This document shows positions 1 to 51,811 of a stretch of DNA of 64,000 nt, one piece after another (positions within the stretch are counted from its first letter, which is position 1; each line of letters starts with the position of its first letter). The DNA comes from Lama glama (taxonomy: Eukaryota), in the NCBI GenBank assembly GCA_028534125.1, contig CM052817.1, positions 32,118,001-32,182,000 on the forward strand. Reading direction: 5' to 3'. The notes beneath the pieces are model-generated. The model worked only from the letters and a program-made list of their open reading frames with translations, made no database searches and was not told where the DNA came from. The position numbers were made by a program, and so were the translations under genes.

Positions 1-1056
1 CCATGCCATGGAAGAATAAACAACTATTGAAAGTCACATTACACAAGAGAGTTTATCGACAAGAGAAAATATTCATAATGTATTAGGCCAAAAAAAGCAG
101 GCAACCAAGGATAATTAAATAAATACTAATCAAGTACTAACTAAAATGAAAAGAACTAACAGAACTATACATTCTTCTTCTTCTTTTTTTTAAAAAGAGG
201 ATTGTGATAGATTGCATGATTGTTCAGAAATACTTCCTGCCTCCTTTGTACAGACTCTGCCCATTGAGGTCAGCTTGGCTACTGAGTTTGGCGTGTGGGA
301 GGAAGTGATGTGGTCCTTCCATGAGACCTGCAGGCAGGTGCTGTTCCTAAGCCTGTGTCCCAGATGTACAGTGATGGAGAGGGGCTATAGCCGGTCCATA
401 ATGGGCATGTGATGAGAGTGAGAAATAAACATGTAAAACACAAACTGAGCTGATCTTCAAGTGGCACAGATGCTCTTGAAAAAAATTAATGAGCATAACT
501 GAGAGCTTGAAGTGACATGAATGGGTTTCTCCTTATTTCACCTCTTCAAAGAAAAACATTGTTGTTTTTTTTTGCTAGATTAGAATATCTTTATTATACT
601 ATAAAAAGTATTACCTCCTAGCAGAGATTCTTCTCTTCTGGTAAAAAGAAAAACAGTCCCAATGTGTTCTGGCAAAACTGATGTGTTCATACTCCAAGGA
701 ATAGGGGAGACAGAAGGAAGCAGTGGGCAGTGCTTATAATAATGGGCTTCATTTGTTTTCATGTAAAATTAGGTATAAATGGAAATTTGAGGTCAAAGAA
801 GAGATTCTGACAAAAATGAAATGGCCATCACCTTTGAAATTAAATTAAAACCAGGCAGACTTTAAATGTAAAAACTGAGGTAGCAGAGGTGAATTACATA
901 TCATGGATGCATTCATAGAGCAGGGCAAACCAAATGATGCTGTGATCAGTTATACAAGCAAGTCATGTCCTGTACGTGATGAGTAAAAATTATCCAGTAA
1001 CAGTAATTAAAGAGCAATGAAATTCAGTGGAGAACAAGGTAATTAAAAGTTCATAT

Positions 1057-1318
1057 AAAAATTTAAAAAGAAAAAAGAGAACACTAATGAACTCATCCAC
1101 AAAAGAAACAGACTCGCAGACATAGTAAATAATCTTATGGTTACCAGAGAAAGGGGGTGGGAAGGGACAAATTTGGGAGTTTGAGATTTGCAAATGTTAA
1201 CCACTATATATAAAAATAGATAAAACCCAAATTTCTTCTGTATAACACAGGGAACCATATTCAGTATCTTGTAATAACCTTTAATGAAAAAGACTATGAA
1301 AACAAATTTATGTATATG

Positions 1319-1354
<36 letters not shown>

Positions 1355-1431
1355 TACACATACACATGACAGGGACATTATGCTGTACACCAGAAATGGA
1401 CACATTTTAACTGACTATACTTCAATTAGAA
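1057..1431 (+). mobile_element. 5'-truncated lineage-specific L1 3' end with 12-bp TSD
   Basis: L1 3' UTR motifs (GGTTACCAG..., GCTGTACACCAGAAA...CTATACTTCAATT + A tail); AAAAGTTCATAT at 1045-1056 and 1432-1443; TT/AAAA endonuclease site at the left. Confidence 0.88.
1322..1366. repeat. (CA)n microsatellite within the L1 3' UTR
   Basis: About 15 pure AC units plus a degenerate tail. Confidence 0.95.
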
Positions 1432-2289
1432 AAAAGTTCATATGAGCATTCTATTTGACTCATGATATTTGGGAATGAAATTAAAAGCAACTTTTTTAAT
1501 TGACTACAGGAACAATAATAATTCAAACTTACAAGCTACAAAGGAAAGGGTCAGGACTCATGATCAAATTACTCACAATGTGCCACAGAAGGACAAAATG
1601 GTAAGTCAGGAAAATGATTGTAAACACAAGTAAAACAGTATCCCTTTGTAGAAAGGAAGGGAAAAACTCTGATCCCTCTGGCATCCTGAGTGCCACCCTT
1701 ATATCTGCAGTTGGAAAACAGTCAGAATGAGTTAGAAGCCTAGAGAAGGCAATAAACATGATCTCAGGGTGGAGAGGCTATTGCTGTAACTGCCAAACAC
1801 GTACTTGCCTACTTCATGCTTAGCACAGGCCAACGCGGTATATAAAACTTTACAGCAGAGACTTTGACAGCTGCTCACCAAAACTTGGTTTCTTTCCTTT
1901 CTGTTTAGCTCACAGCTAGACAGCATTTTCCAGACTCCCTTGAAGTAAGCTATTATCAAAGTATTAAAGAGAAGACCAAACCCCACTAAGACAAAAATTG
2001 AGCTCTGAGTGGAAGAGGAAATACAGTGCATCTTTAGTAGAAGTAAAGATTTTCCTAGCACTTAGCTTTGAAAAGGGATAAACTTTACAGGGCACCTACC
2101 AGGTGCACACAACACAGAATTAGATGCTTTTAATATGGGTGCATGGGAAAGAATCATAAACGGGCAAAGAGAAAGGAAGTGTCTGATGTTTTCAGTCACT
2201 GAAGTCTATCCCACATTGAAGAATGCTTGATACTAAATGGCTGGAATCCAGTCAAAACATTTTTACAAGATATACCTAGAATGAATTGC

Positions 2290-4225
2290 ATTTTAAAAAC
2301 TGCTTTATTAAGATATAATTCACACTCCATAAACTTCACCCATTTATCATGTGCAATGCACTGTTTTTAGTGTATTCATGGGGTTGTGCAACCACTGCCA
2401 AAGTCTAATTTGAGAACATACTCATTCCGCCTTGAAAGGAACTATGTATCTATTAATTCTCTTTCCCTCACCCTCACCACCCGTCCCCTCAGCCCTGAGC
2501 AACCACCCATCTACTCTTGGTCACTATGAATTTTCCTTTCATATAAATGGAGTCACATAATATGTGATTTATTTTATGTCTGGCTTCTTTCACTCAGCAC
2601 AGTGTTTTTGAGATTCATCTATGTCATAGTGTGTACTGGCATTTCACTCCTTGTTATAGCTGGATGACACTCTATTGTATGTATATACTGCATTTTGTTT
2701 ACCCATTTATCAGTTGTGGCACATTTGGGCTGTTTCTACTTTTGGCTATTATGAATAGTGCAACTATGGATATTTCTGTTCAAATTCTGTATGTTTTCAT
2801 TTCTCTAGGAGTAGAATTGATAGATCGTATTGTTGCCAAAAGATCCCTGACAAGCCAAGCTGAAACTCAGAGACAAGGTTTTAGAGCTTAGAAGAAAAGA
2901 GGCAGCTTTATTACTTTGCTGGGCAAAGGCGACTCACAGCAGGCTGGTGCCTTCAAAACTGTGAACCCATCTTGGGGATGCGGTAGGGTGATGATACAGC
3001 CATAGCTTAAACATTAAAGCATTGATAACAATCAACAGAATTATTTTCTTCTCCTAAGACTCATAGTGGCGTCATGGCGTCCCCAGGTGACCAATTCTAT
3101 AGAGGCTAGTGGTTGTCACTCTTTCCATCTCTTTATAAGCGCCCAAGGTGTGGTCTTCTTGGTAATTCAGGCTATTTTGTAAGGTTACAGTCCTGTGAAC
3201 TTCTTTGTGGAGAAAAACTCAGAAACCTAGCATGATTATTGTTTTCGATTACTGGAATAAAGCAGGGACAGTAAAATTATTAGCTTCATTTTAACAATGG
3301 AGCTGTGAACAGCAACCAGTCAGTCAGGATAGTTGTCCAGTTTAAGAGCAAGCATAATCTGTTAGCCTAAGTGCAGCCATTTTATGAATTCTCCTTCCAA
3401 ATGGTAACTCTGTGTTTAATTACTTGAGCCTACGTTAAAGCATTTGAGGAACTATGAGACGGTTTTCCAAAGTGGTTACACCATTTTACATTCTCATCAG
3501 CTATGTGGGGGTTTTCTACTTTCTCCACCTCCTTGCCAACCCTTGTTATTGTCTGACTTTTTGATTATAGCCATCCTGGTAAATGTAAAGTGGTATCTCA
3601 TTTGTTTTGATTTGTATTTCCCTAATGCAATGATATTGAATGTGTTTCCCTGATGTAGTTTGCTTATTGGCTACTTGTAGATGTTCTTTGGGAAAAGGTC
3701 TATCAAATCCTTTGTGCAACTTGAAAATGGGTTACTTGCCTTTGTAGTACTGAGTTGTACTTTTCAAAATATATTTTCTGGATACCAGTTCCTTTCCAGA
3801 AGCATGATTTTAAAATGTTTTCTCTCATTTTGTGTGTTGTCTTTTCACTTTCTTGATACTGTCCTTTGGAGCACAAAAGCTTTTAATATCAACGAAATCC
3901 AATTTATCTATTATTTCTTTTGCTGTTATATCTAAGAGTCCATTGCCTAACTAAAGATCATAACGATTTACTCGTACATTTTAAGATTTTTATAGTTTGA
4001 TCTCATACACATAAGTCTTTGATCCATTTTGAGTTAATTTTTGTTGAGACAGGGGGTCCTACTTTTTCGTTTTCATGTGGCTATTTAATTGTCCTAGAAT
4101 TATTTGTTGGAAAGACTATCCCTTCCCCCATATAATTGTTTTGGAAAACTTGTTGAAAATCATTTGACCCTAAATGAGGGTTTATTTTTGGACTCTCAAT
4201 TATATTGATCTTCATGTTTATCTGG
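2290..4225 (-). mobile_element. Old L1 (L1MB-like) 3' portion, interrupted by a solo LTR at 2831-3399
   Basis: Antisense L1 motifs (CTTTATT..GATATAATTCAC, GGAGTAGAATTG...GGTAACTCTGTGTTTAA, GTGGTATCTCATT, GATCCATTTTGAGTTAATTTTTG). Confidence 0.8.
2831..3399 (-). mobile_element. Putative solo ERV LTR (~570 bp)
   Basis: TG...CA ends; splits otherwise contiguous L1 sequence; minus-strand AATAAA at 2907-2912; no clean TSD. Confidence 0.6.
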
Positions 4226-5284
4226 CAACAGGGAGTCCTAGTAAGTAATCAAGAGATTTGGAACTCGTTGCTCAAAACTGCTATGGACTTAACAGCAATA
4301 AACGCTTGTAACTGATTCTTACACTTTCAGGCAACCCATCATTGTTTGTTTAATTTCAGAGCAAACCTTCCAGGAACGACAAACTGTTTCAAAAAATTAA
4401 AGTGAATTGAAATAAATTGCTTTGAGAAGATTCTAAAGAAAATCCAAGACATTCTGAGACATGGTAAGAGTTGAGCAAGAAGTAACTGGCCTAGTTCACT
4501 GGCCCCGTTGGTTAATTAGAGCGACTCTCACGTTCTCCTCAGGGACAGGCACTCTAAAAGATCATTATTTACGAAGTGGAGGAGGGCAGAGTTTCCTCTC
4601 CCCTGAGCAAGTGTTGGGACACCTCTAAAAGCCTCAGAAAATTCTGTAATCTCTAGAATTTTTCAACCACCCTTCCAGAATGCGATTTGTTTACCACCAA
4701 AGCTGAGAAGTGCACACAGGTGGTTGTCGCAGGTGCCTGATGGCCCGGCAGCATCGCCCAAGCCTTGGGAACGCCGAGGCCCAGTTCACACCTGCTCGCC
4801 CAAAGCGCCGGAGGCCCTGGCAGCTCAGGCTCGCACCTGGGTCTCAGCCTCCGTCTCGCAACGCGCCTCCGGGGCCTCGTTTAAAGGGCACCGCGGGTCC
4901 GAAATTGCAAAGCTGCCCCCTCCTCCGGGGCGCTCGGAGCGTGCCCTCCCCGGGGCCGACCGGGGATCTGATTTTTTTGCCCCGCGGCGGGTCCCAGGCC
5001 CCGGGTCCCGCGCACTGTGCGGTGGCGCCGGCGGAGGCCGTGGCGGTGGCGCGGGGCTGCTGGGCGTCCGAGACCGCGGGGCGTGCACGGGCGGCGTGAA
5101 GCCGGGCGGGCAGAGCTGGGTGTGGCGGGGCGGCCCCACCCTCGCCTCAGCGGAGCGCGCGCGCCGCGCGGCGAAGGCAGACTCTTCGCGGGCCGGGAGG
5201 ACGCGGCGGCCGGCCGGGGGCGCGGGGTGTGCACGGCGGGGCGGCCGCGCGGCTCCCGTCGAAAGCGCCGCTCCTGCCGCGGCC

Positions 5285-44972
<39,688 letters not shown>

Positions 44973-45132
44973 GCCATTTAAAACAAGGACTCATTGACTG
45001 AACAAGCCTAAGGAAAACAAAAAGAACAGATGAATTGAAGTGGGAAACTACACACAAAGAACCTCGATTTTGAAAAGATACAGTATGTACACAGCGGGAA
45101 ATTTTTTAATCAATTTACAAAATATATTGCTA

Positions 45133-45138
45133 AATAAA
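45133..45138 (+). terminator. Polyadenylation signal AATAAA of CWH43 (3' UTR roughly 180 nt)
   Basis: First AATAAA after the stop, followed about 15-35 nt later by a T/GT-rich stretch (TTGTTTTTCTTAATTTTTT). Confidence 0.7.
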
Positions 45139-45902
45139 AGCATTTCTCCAAATTGTTTTTCTTAATTTTTTGGTAAAAAAAATAGAATGTAGGGTCATAT
45201 AAGAAAGTTCTACTATGAGAGAGAAGATAACAAAAGTGTGTTACCTTTTTAATGCTTAAAAATAGGAAACGGAAAAAGAAGAAAAAAAACAGGAAATGGA
45301 CTTTTTGATGAGCTGGAAGGACTGCTTGCAAAAATCAAACAGCCTTAAATCCCTCTTGGGTCAAAGCAGGGAAAGAAATGTTTAGAAATTAAGTCTAATT
45401 GTTAGAAGACGAATGTGTACCTATAATGAGCATTGACGCAGCAGCTGCCGCACGCCCTTCACCATCCTCTCCTGAGCTGTGGTAGCATCATCTGCCTCTT
45501 GCCATGTTTCTATCACTCCATGGCTGTACATGGCACACTTTGTGATGTCTCCATCAGTCAGGCCACCAGCTGTCAGGGAGCACACCTCTCCACACAGATG
45601 GGTCCCACAGTGCATTTTCTCCCCTAGATCCAAGCAGATAGATGATGGGGAAGAATTCAGCCCAACAGCACCATCTCTGCAGGGAATAGTGAATGGACTG
45701 TCGTTCAGGGAGGCACACGTGACATCTTAGAACTGGAAAGGGTCCTGAATGTTATTTTATGTTTTGGGGCAAACATAAAAATTACAGAAGAATTTTCAAA
45801 GGTTTTATGTCACAATCTAAGGACGTTCCTTGGATCTATTTAACAAAAATGCATTGAGCATATCACCATATGCAAAACATGATGTCCCGGTGGTAGCTTT
45901 AA

Positions 45903-47076
45903 GAAAAAAATTCATTTGTTTATTTTTAAAAATTGAAGTATAGTTGGTTTACAGTTTTGTGTTAATTTCTGGTGTACAGCATAGTGATTCAGTTATATAT
46001 ATGTATATTTCTTTTCATGTTCTTTTTCATTATAAGCTATTACAAGGTATTGAATATAGTTCCTTGTGCTATACAGTAGGACCATGTTTATCTATTTTAC
46101 ATATAATAGTATCTGCAAATCACAAACTCCCAAATTACTCCTCCCACCTCTTTTCCCTCTGGTAACCACAAGTTTGTTCTCTATATATGTGAGTCTTTCT
46201 GTTCTCTAATTAAGTTCATTTGTCTCATTTTTAAAGATTCCTCATATAAGTGACATAATATGGTATTTTTCTTTCTCTTTCTGGCTTACTTCACTTAGTA
46301 TGATTTTCTCCAGGTCCATCTATGTTGCTGCAAATGGCATTATTTTATTAGTTTTTATATCTGAGTAGTATTCCATTGTGTGTATATGTGTATGTGTATA
46401 CACATCTTCTTTATCCAGTCATCTGTCAATGGACATATAGGTTGCTCCCATGTCTTGGCTATTATAAATTGTGTTGCTATGAACATTGGGGTACATGTAT
46501 CATTTTTGAATTAGTTTCCTCTGGATATATGCTCAGGAGTGGAATTGCTGGATCATATGGTAAGTCTCTTTTCACTTTTTTAAGGAATCTCTGTACTGTT
46601 TTCCATAATGGCTACGCCAAACTACATTCCCACCAACAGTGTAGGAGGGCTCCCTTTTCTCCACACCCTCTCCAGCATTTATCATTTGTGAACTTTTTAA
46701 TGATGCCCATTCTGACTGGTGTGAGGTGATAACCTCATTGTAGTTTGGATTTGCATTTCTCTGGTAATTAGCAATATTGAAAAAAAATTTATGTGCCTAT
46801 TGGCCATTTGTATGTCTTCATTGGAGAAATACTTGTTTAGGTCGTCTGTCCAATTTTGGATTGAGTTGTTTGGTTATTTAATTAAGTTATATGAGCTGTT
46901 TGTATTTTCTGGAAATTAAGCCCTTGTCAGTTGTGTCATTTGCAAATATTTTCTCCCATTCCATAGACTGTCTTTTTATTTTGTTTATAGATTCCTTTGC
47001 TGTGCAAAAGCATATGTTTAATTAGGTCCCATTTGTTTGTTTTTGCTTTTATTTCTGTTGCCTTGGTAGATTCTCA
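45903..47076 (-). mobile_element. 5'-truncated lineage-specific L1 (~1.2 kb) with 13-bp TSD
   Basis: L1 3' UTR plus ORF2 end; TSD GTGGTAG(C/T)TTTAA at 45890-45902 and 47077-47089. Confidence 0.88.
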
Positions 47077-48076
47077 GTGGTAGTTTTAAAAATACGTCCA
47101 CAGATGATTTGGCACTTCCTTCCAAAGGTGAGGCCTAATTCACCTCTTTCTGAATGTGGGCTAGACTTAGGGACTCACTTTGATGAAGGGAAGAAAGTGG
47201 AAGAGACGGCATGTGACTTCCAAACTTGGGTTATAAAAGACTGTGACTTCTGCCTTAGTCTCATCCTCTTGGGTCTGAGGGAAGCCAGCTGCTATGTCAT
47301 GAGCAACCCTGTGGAAAGGTGAGGAGTTGCCGAGGCCTCTTATCAACAGTCGTGGGCGTGAGCCACCCTAGATGCGGAACTTCCAGCCCCCGGCAAGCTT
47401 CAAATCGTACTTCATCCCTAGCCGGCATCATGACTGCAACTCATGAGAGACCAAGCCCAACCACCGGCTTAGCTGCTCCTAAGTCCTTAACAGGTAATAA
47501 CTGTTGTTTTAAGCCATCTGCGTTCAGATCTTCCTCAACATGTGATGGGGATATGTCCCGAAAAACCCATGTAAGTCGAAAGTATCATTAAGTTGAAAAT
47601 ATCATTAATTTGAAAATGCGTTTGATACACTTAACTTTTCAAACATCATAACTTAGCCTACCTTAAAGCTGCTCAGAACTCTTATATTAGACTACAGTTG
47701 CACAAAATGATCTAACACAAAGCCTATTTTATAATAAAGTGCTGCATATCTGAGGTGATCTACTGAATACTGTACTTGAGAGTGAAACACAGAATGGTTG
47801 TCTGGGCACAGAATGGTTCTAAGTGTCTCAGCTGGTTACCCTGTGATTGTGGGGCTGACTGGGAGCCGTGGCTCGCTGCGCACCATCACGGGAGTATTTG
47901 TACTGCATATCACCAGCCCGAGAAAAGATCAAACCCCAAAATTCCAAGTGTGGTTTCTACTGAATGCATATTGCTTTCGCACCGTTGTAAAGCTGAAAAA
48001 TCTAAGTGGAGCCATCCTAAGTTAGGCAGCATCTGTGTTTGGGTAATTTGCTATGCGTCAGTAGATAAGTAACACA
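47077..48076 (+). mobile_element. MaLR LTR (MLT1-type), split by a Tigger MITE
   Basis: GAATGTGGGCTAGACTTAGGGACTCACTT, GGGAAGCCAGCTGCTATGTCATGAG, TGTTGTTTTAAGCCA | GTTTGGGTAATTTGCTATGC..AGTAGATAAGTAACACA. Confidence 0.8.
47525..48035. mobile_element. TcMar-Tigger MITE (MER47/Tigger5-like)
   Basis: Imperfect terminal inverted repeats: CAGATCTTCCTCAACATGTGATGG versus reverse complement CAGATGCTGCCTAACTTAGGATGG; MER47-like interior. Confidence 0.8.
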
Positions 48077-49139
48077 GCCCTTGAAACTCTCCACATTTGG
48101 GGAACTCTGAGAACCTGGCAACGGCAAACATATTTACTTAGCATCTATTCTATCTGCGGTACAGTGCTGGACATGCGGCGGTAACAGGAGGTGTCACTTA
48201 AGTGAAAAAGACATTGCCCTTTTCTCTGGATCCTAATCACCAAGTTAGGGAGACAGAAAGATGCAAAGGCATCTTAAATGGTAACTACTGACTATTGACC
48301 TCTATTGAGCCCAGTGCTTTACCAACACTATCTCCTAACAACAATACTGCGAGGTGATGTAAGACAGATGACAACCGGGGTCTCTTTACCTTTCAGATCT
48401 GGGATTAGATGGCCAGAACTCCCATTCCACTCCCTCCTGAAGACAGTGTCCTCTCCCAAATTTCTGTCAACTGTGGGAGGTTAAGGGGCAGGGTTCACAT
48501 TTTTATGGTCACCTCTCACACAGATCTCCTTCCACTGTCATAGTTGGGTTTATGGATGGTCTTGTGCTTGCATTTCTGACACTTGGATTATGCTACAATG
48601 CAACGTAAAAGCATTTAATGCACAGAGCTGGTGCCTGGCACTCAGCAAGCACTGAGAATTCCCCAAAGTTCTGGGGAGGCAGATGTACCCAGGACAACAA
48701 GCACTGCCTCTGTAACTATGTCGAGCAGACAGAGAACTCCGTTCCTTTCTCGAACTCCTCAAAACAAGGTAAAACAAAACATTCTCACCATGTGTTTTAG
48801 TGCGTACGTTTTTTACTGAAGATGTGGAAAGACAGAGAAGGGTTTACATTATAGGAACTCAAAACATCTTCAAGCAGAATTAGATATTCACTTGTTTTAC
48901 AAATCTTCTGTCTCCTCCACGCCATGTAGTTCAGGAACCTCTCTTAGCTTCTGTGGCTTTCCACACCTCCTCCAGATTTCTGTGCATTTCTAATACAAAC
49001 AGATTCTCTCTCTTTCTCTCAGTCTCTTACTTATTTATCAAGTGCTCAGGGCCTTAACTTCCATCTCAAATGGCTTATTCGAGGTGAGTTCAATACATCT
49101 CTCTCAGCAAATGAGAGAGCAAGCAGAAAGTTTAAACAG

Positions 49140-49855
49140 TGCCGCTGAACTTAACCTAACTGATAAGTATGAAAGAATGTGTGCCCCAAGTAACTTCAAA
49201 TTACTCATTCAGATGTATATGGGACATTTACCCAAACAGATCATATCCTGAGCCAAAAAGCAAGATTTAAAAATGTCAAAATATTGAATTAATACAGAAT
49301 ATATTCTCTAATGACAATGAAACTAGCTTAAAGTAAGTAACAAAAAGATGAGAAATCCCTAAATACTGGAAACTGAGTAATAAACTTCTAAGTAACCCAT
49401 GAGTCAAAGAAGAGACCACAATAAAAATTAGAAAATATTTTGAACAAGAGAAAGAGAACCAATAGGAAGCATGTATCTCTGTATACACACACACACAAAT
49501 ATATGGATATATGTACAGCTACATGCCTATCAACTATATACAGAACCAACAGGAGATAGATATATGTGTACATATTTATCTATATATGTCTATATATCTA
49601 CACATATATATCCATCTCCTGTTGGTTCTGCTTCTCTGTAGAGACCAGATCGATTTGATAGCAAAACTGAAAAGAATGCTAAATGGAAGAAAAATTATAG
49701 GCCAATCTCTATCATGTACATTGATATAAAATTCCTAAGCAAAATATTGCTAAATCAAATCCAGCATTGTATAAAAAGATAATACATTATGATACGTTAG
49801 ATTTATTCCAGGAATTCAAGGTAAGCTTAACACTTGAAAACAAATTAATGTAATT
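49140..49855 (+). mobile_element. Old L1 ORF2 fragments (endonuclease region and pre-RT region) joined across an MLT2-like insert
   Basis: Frame near 49695 reads [34 protein letters not shown], matching the L1 ORF2 [24 protein letters not shown] motif. Confidence 0.75.
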
Positions 49856-51704
49856 CTGTACCACAACATTTGTTTAAGTCACCCAGTCTATGGTAGTGTG
49901 TTACAGCATCCTGAACTAAGGGAACAGGTCTGATAACCCAGTGACTCTCAGCCTGGGGTGGGGATGGCCTGTAGACTGGGGAAGGCAGAGCCCGTGGGGC
50001 AAAATGGAACCATCTAAACTCCCCCACCCCTCTGCAGTGGACATACTCTTACAGCTGATGTCGCCTCCATTCTGGAGACCAGGCTCTCCATTCTGTCCTG
50101 CTTGCTCTCCAGCCAGTTTTCTACTTAGTGGAATCTGGCAATTCAGGAGATGTTTCTTCTTGCTTCCCATTTCTCATTTGGTTTTTGAATTCTACTACAC
50201 TTTTTAAACAATCAGATGGATTTGGGGAACAATGGAAGAGACAAGAAAAAAGGAAAAGTGCTGATCTGCTGTATTGTGGAGTGGTGAATTTATCTTATTT
50301 ATACATTTGGGTCAGTAGTTATTTTGATTACAATGTATTCTGGAAGCATCCGATTATTTTAGCCATAGCTTCTTCATGAGCTAATAATGTAATCTCTCTC
50401 TCTTTCTTTCCTAGGTAGATTACTTTAATCTATATCCAGGAGCTCTGAAAGAGTTAATGCTTTGAGCTGCCTTCATTATGTGAGCAGCTAATAGGACCAG
50501 TAACACAGTCAAGTAATTTCAGAGTAAAGACACTAAAGAAGACTCTAGAACAGGTACCAAGCAGTGAAACATTGACTGATAACACAAATAACCAGACACC
50601 CTTAATAAACTATAATTTTTCTCTGCACCCAATTTGCAGGCATAAGAGGCAATTCCTAAGAGAATATGCCCCTTTCAGAATCCTGAAATGCATAACAACA
50701 GGGCTGGAAGGGCACCTGGAGATCCCGTGAATTAGCTCTTGTTTTGCAGACAACAAAATGAATTCAGAAGCTAGGTATCTATGTAAGGACATACCTCAGT
50801 AACAGAAAAGCTGGAACAAGAACACAGGTTTCTTGACTCCCTGGTCCAGGATTCTATGTTCTATGGCCTCTTGTAAGATTTGGGGGGAAACATTTGCAGG
50901 GTATATGGTGAGGATCTGATAGACAGTCCATGCTTCTACACCACAAGAACTGATGCTCCAAATTGAGTTCCTCTGTCTGTCTGTCTCACACACAGCTCTA
51001 ATCACAGACGGTCCCCCAGCCCTGGATTGACCTCCCTACAGGGACAGACGCCCACCTTCACCTGCACCTCTGCTTCTCTTACCTCTCCCCCTCCCCTCAG
51101 GTGCGAGTGCAGTGCCCGTGTCTCCGGTGGAGAAGATTCCCTTCCCAACCACCTTTTGGACCTCATTTCTTCCCTTTGCTCTGTTCATCCTGCTGTCAGC
51201 AGCTCTGTAGAGACTCTGCCTCCCCCATCTTAGATGCTCTGACCAAAGGGAGCCCAGCACACTCGCTGGCTAACTTTGTCACTGATGCTTTGCCTGGCTG
51301 GCTGGTTGGCTGTTGGAGTTAATCCCCTCCCTCTTTTACTCCTCCAAGGTCATTCCCTCCATAAGGAGGCAGGACCTCATCTTTGCTGGAAGCTGGAGGA
51401 GACAGACTCCAAATCCCTCTGGTGGCCAAGGATGTTTAGCTCCCTCTACTCACAGCTGGCAGCTGGGCTCCTTCCTTGAGGTGAGTGTCTGCCTTGCTTC
51501 AGACCCACTGACTTATTTGGAGAATTAGGCCAGTGCTTTCCAAACATTTTGATGGATGCAGCCCAATCACTTAAAAAAAAAAAAGCATGCTTTCTCAATA
51601 TATTTACTTATAATTTACATATAGGTACTACTATTACTCCACATGTTAAATATAAGTAAAGCTTAATTTATCTCCACTATTTTGGGGTAAAAAGAAATAT
51701 AAAT

Positions 51705-51811
51705 GTGGGAGAGGGAAATAGCTCAGTGATGGAGTGCTTGCTTTGCATGCATGAGGTCCTGGGTTCAATCCTCAGTACTTCCATTAAAACAAAAATGAAG
51801 TTGTAAAAACA
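51705..51811 (+). mobile_element. tRNA-derived SINE (Vic-1-like) with perfect 16-bp TSD
   Basis: A box TAGCTCAGTGATGG, B box GGTTCAATCC, A-rich tail; TSD AAAAAGAAATATAAAT at 51689-51704 and 51812-51827. Confidence 0.9.

Noticed and set aside
51705..51790. tRNA gene-like sequence with A and B boxes
   Set aside because: It has an A-rich tail and a perfect TSD, no proper acceptor stem, and related copies elsewhere in the window, so it is a SINE.
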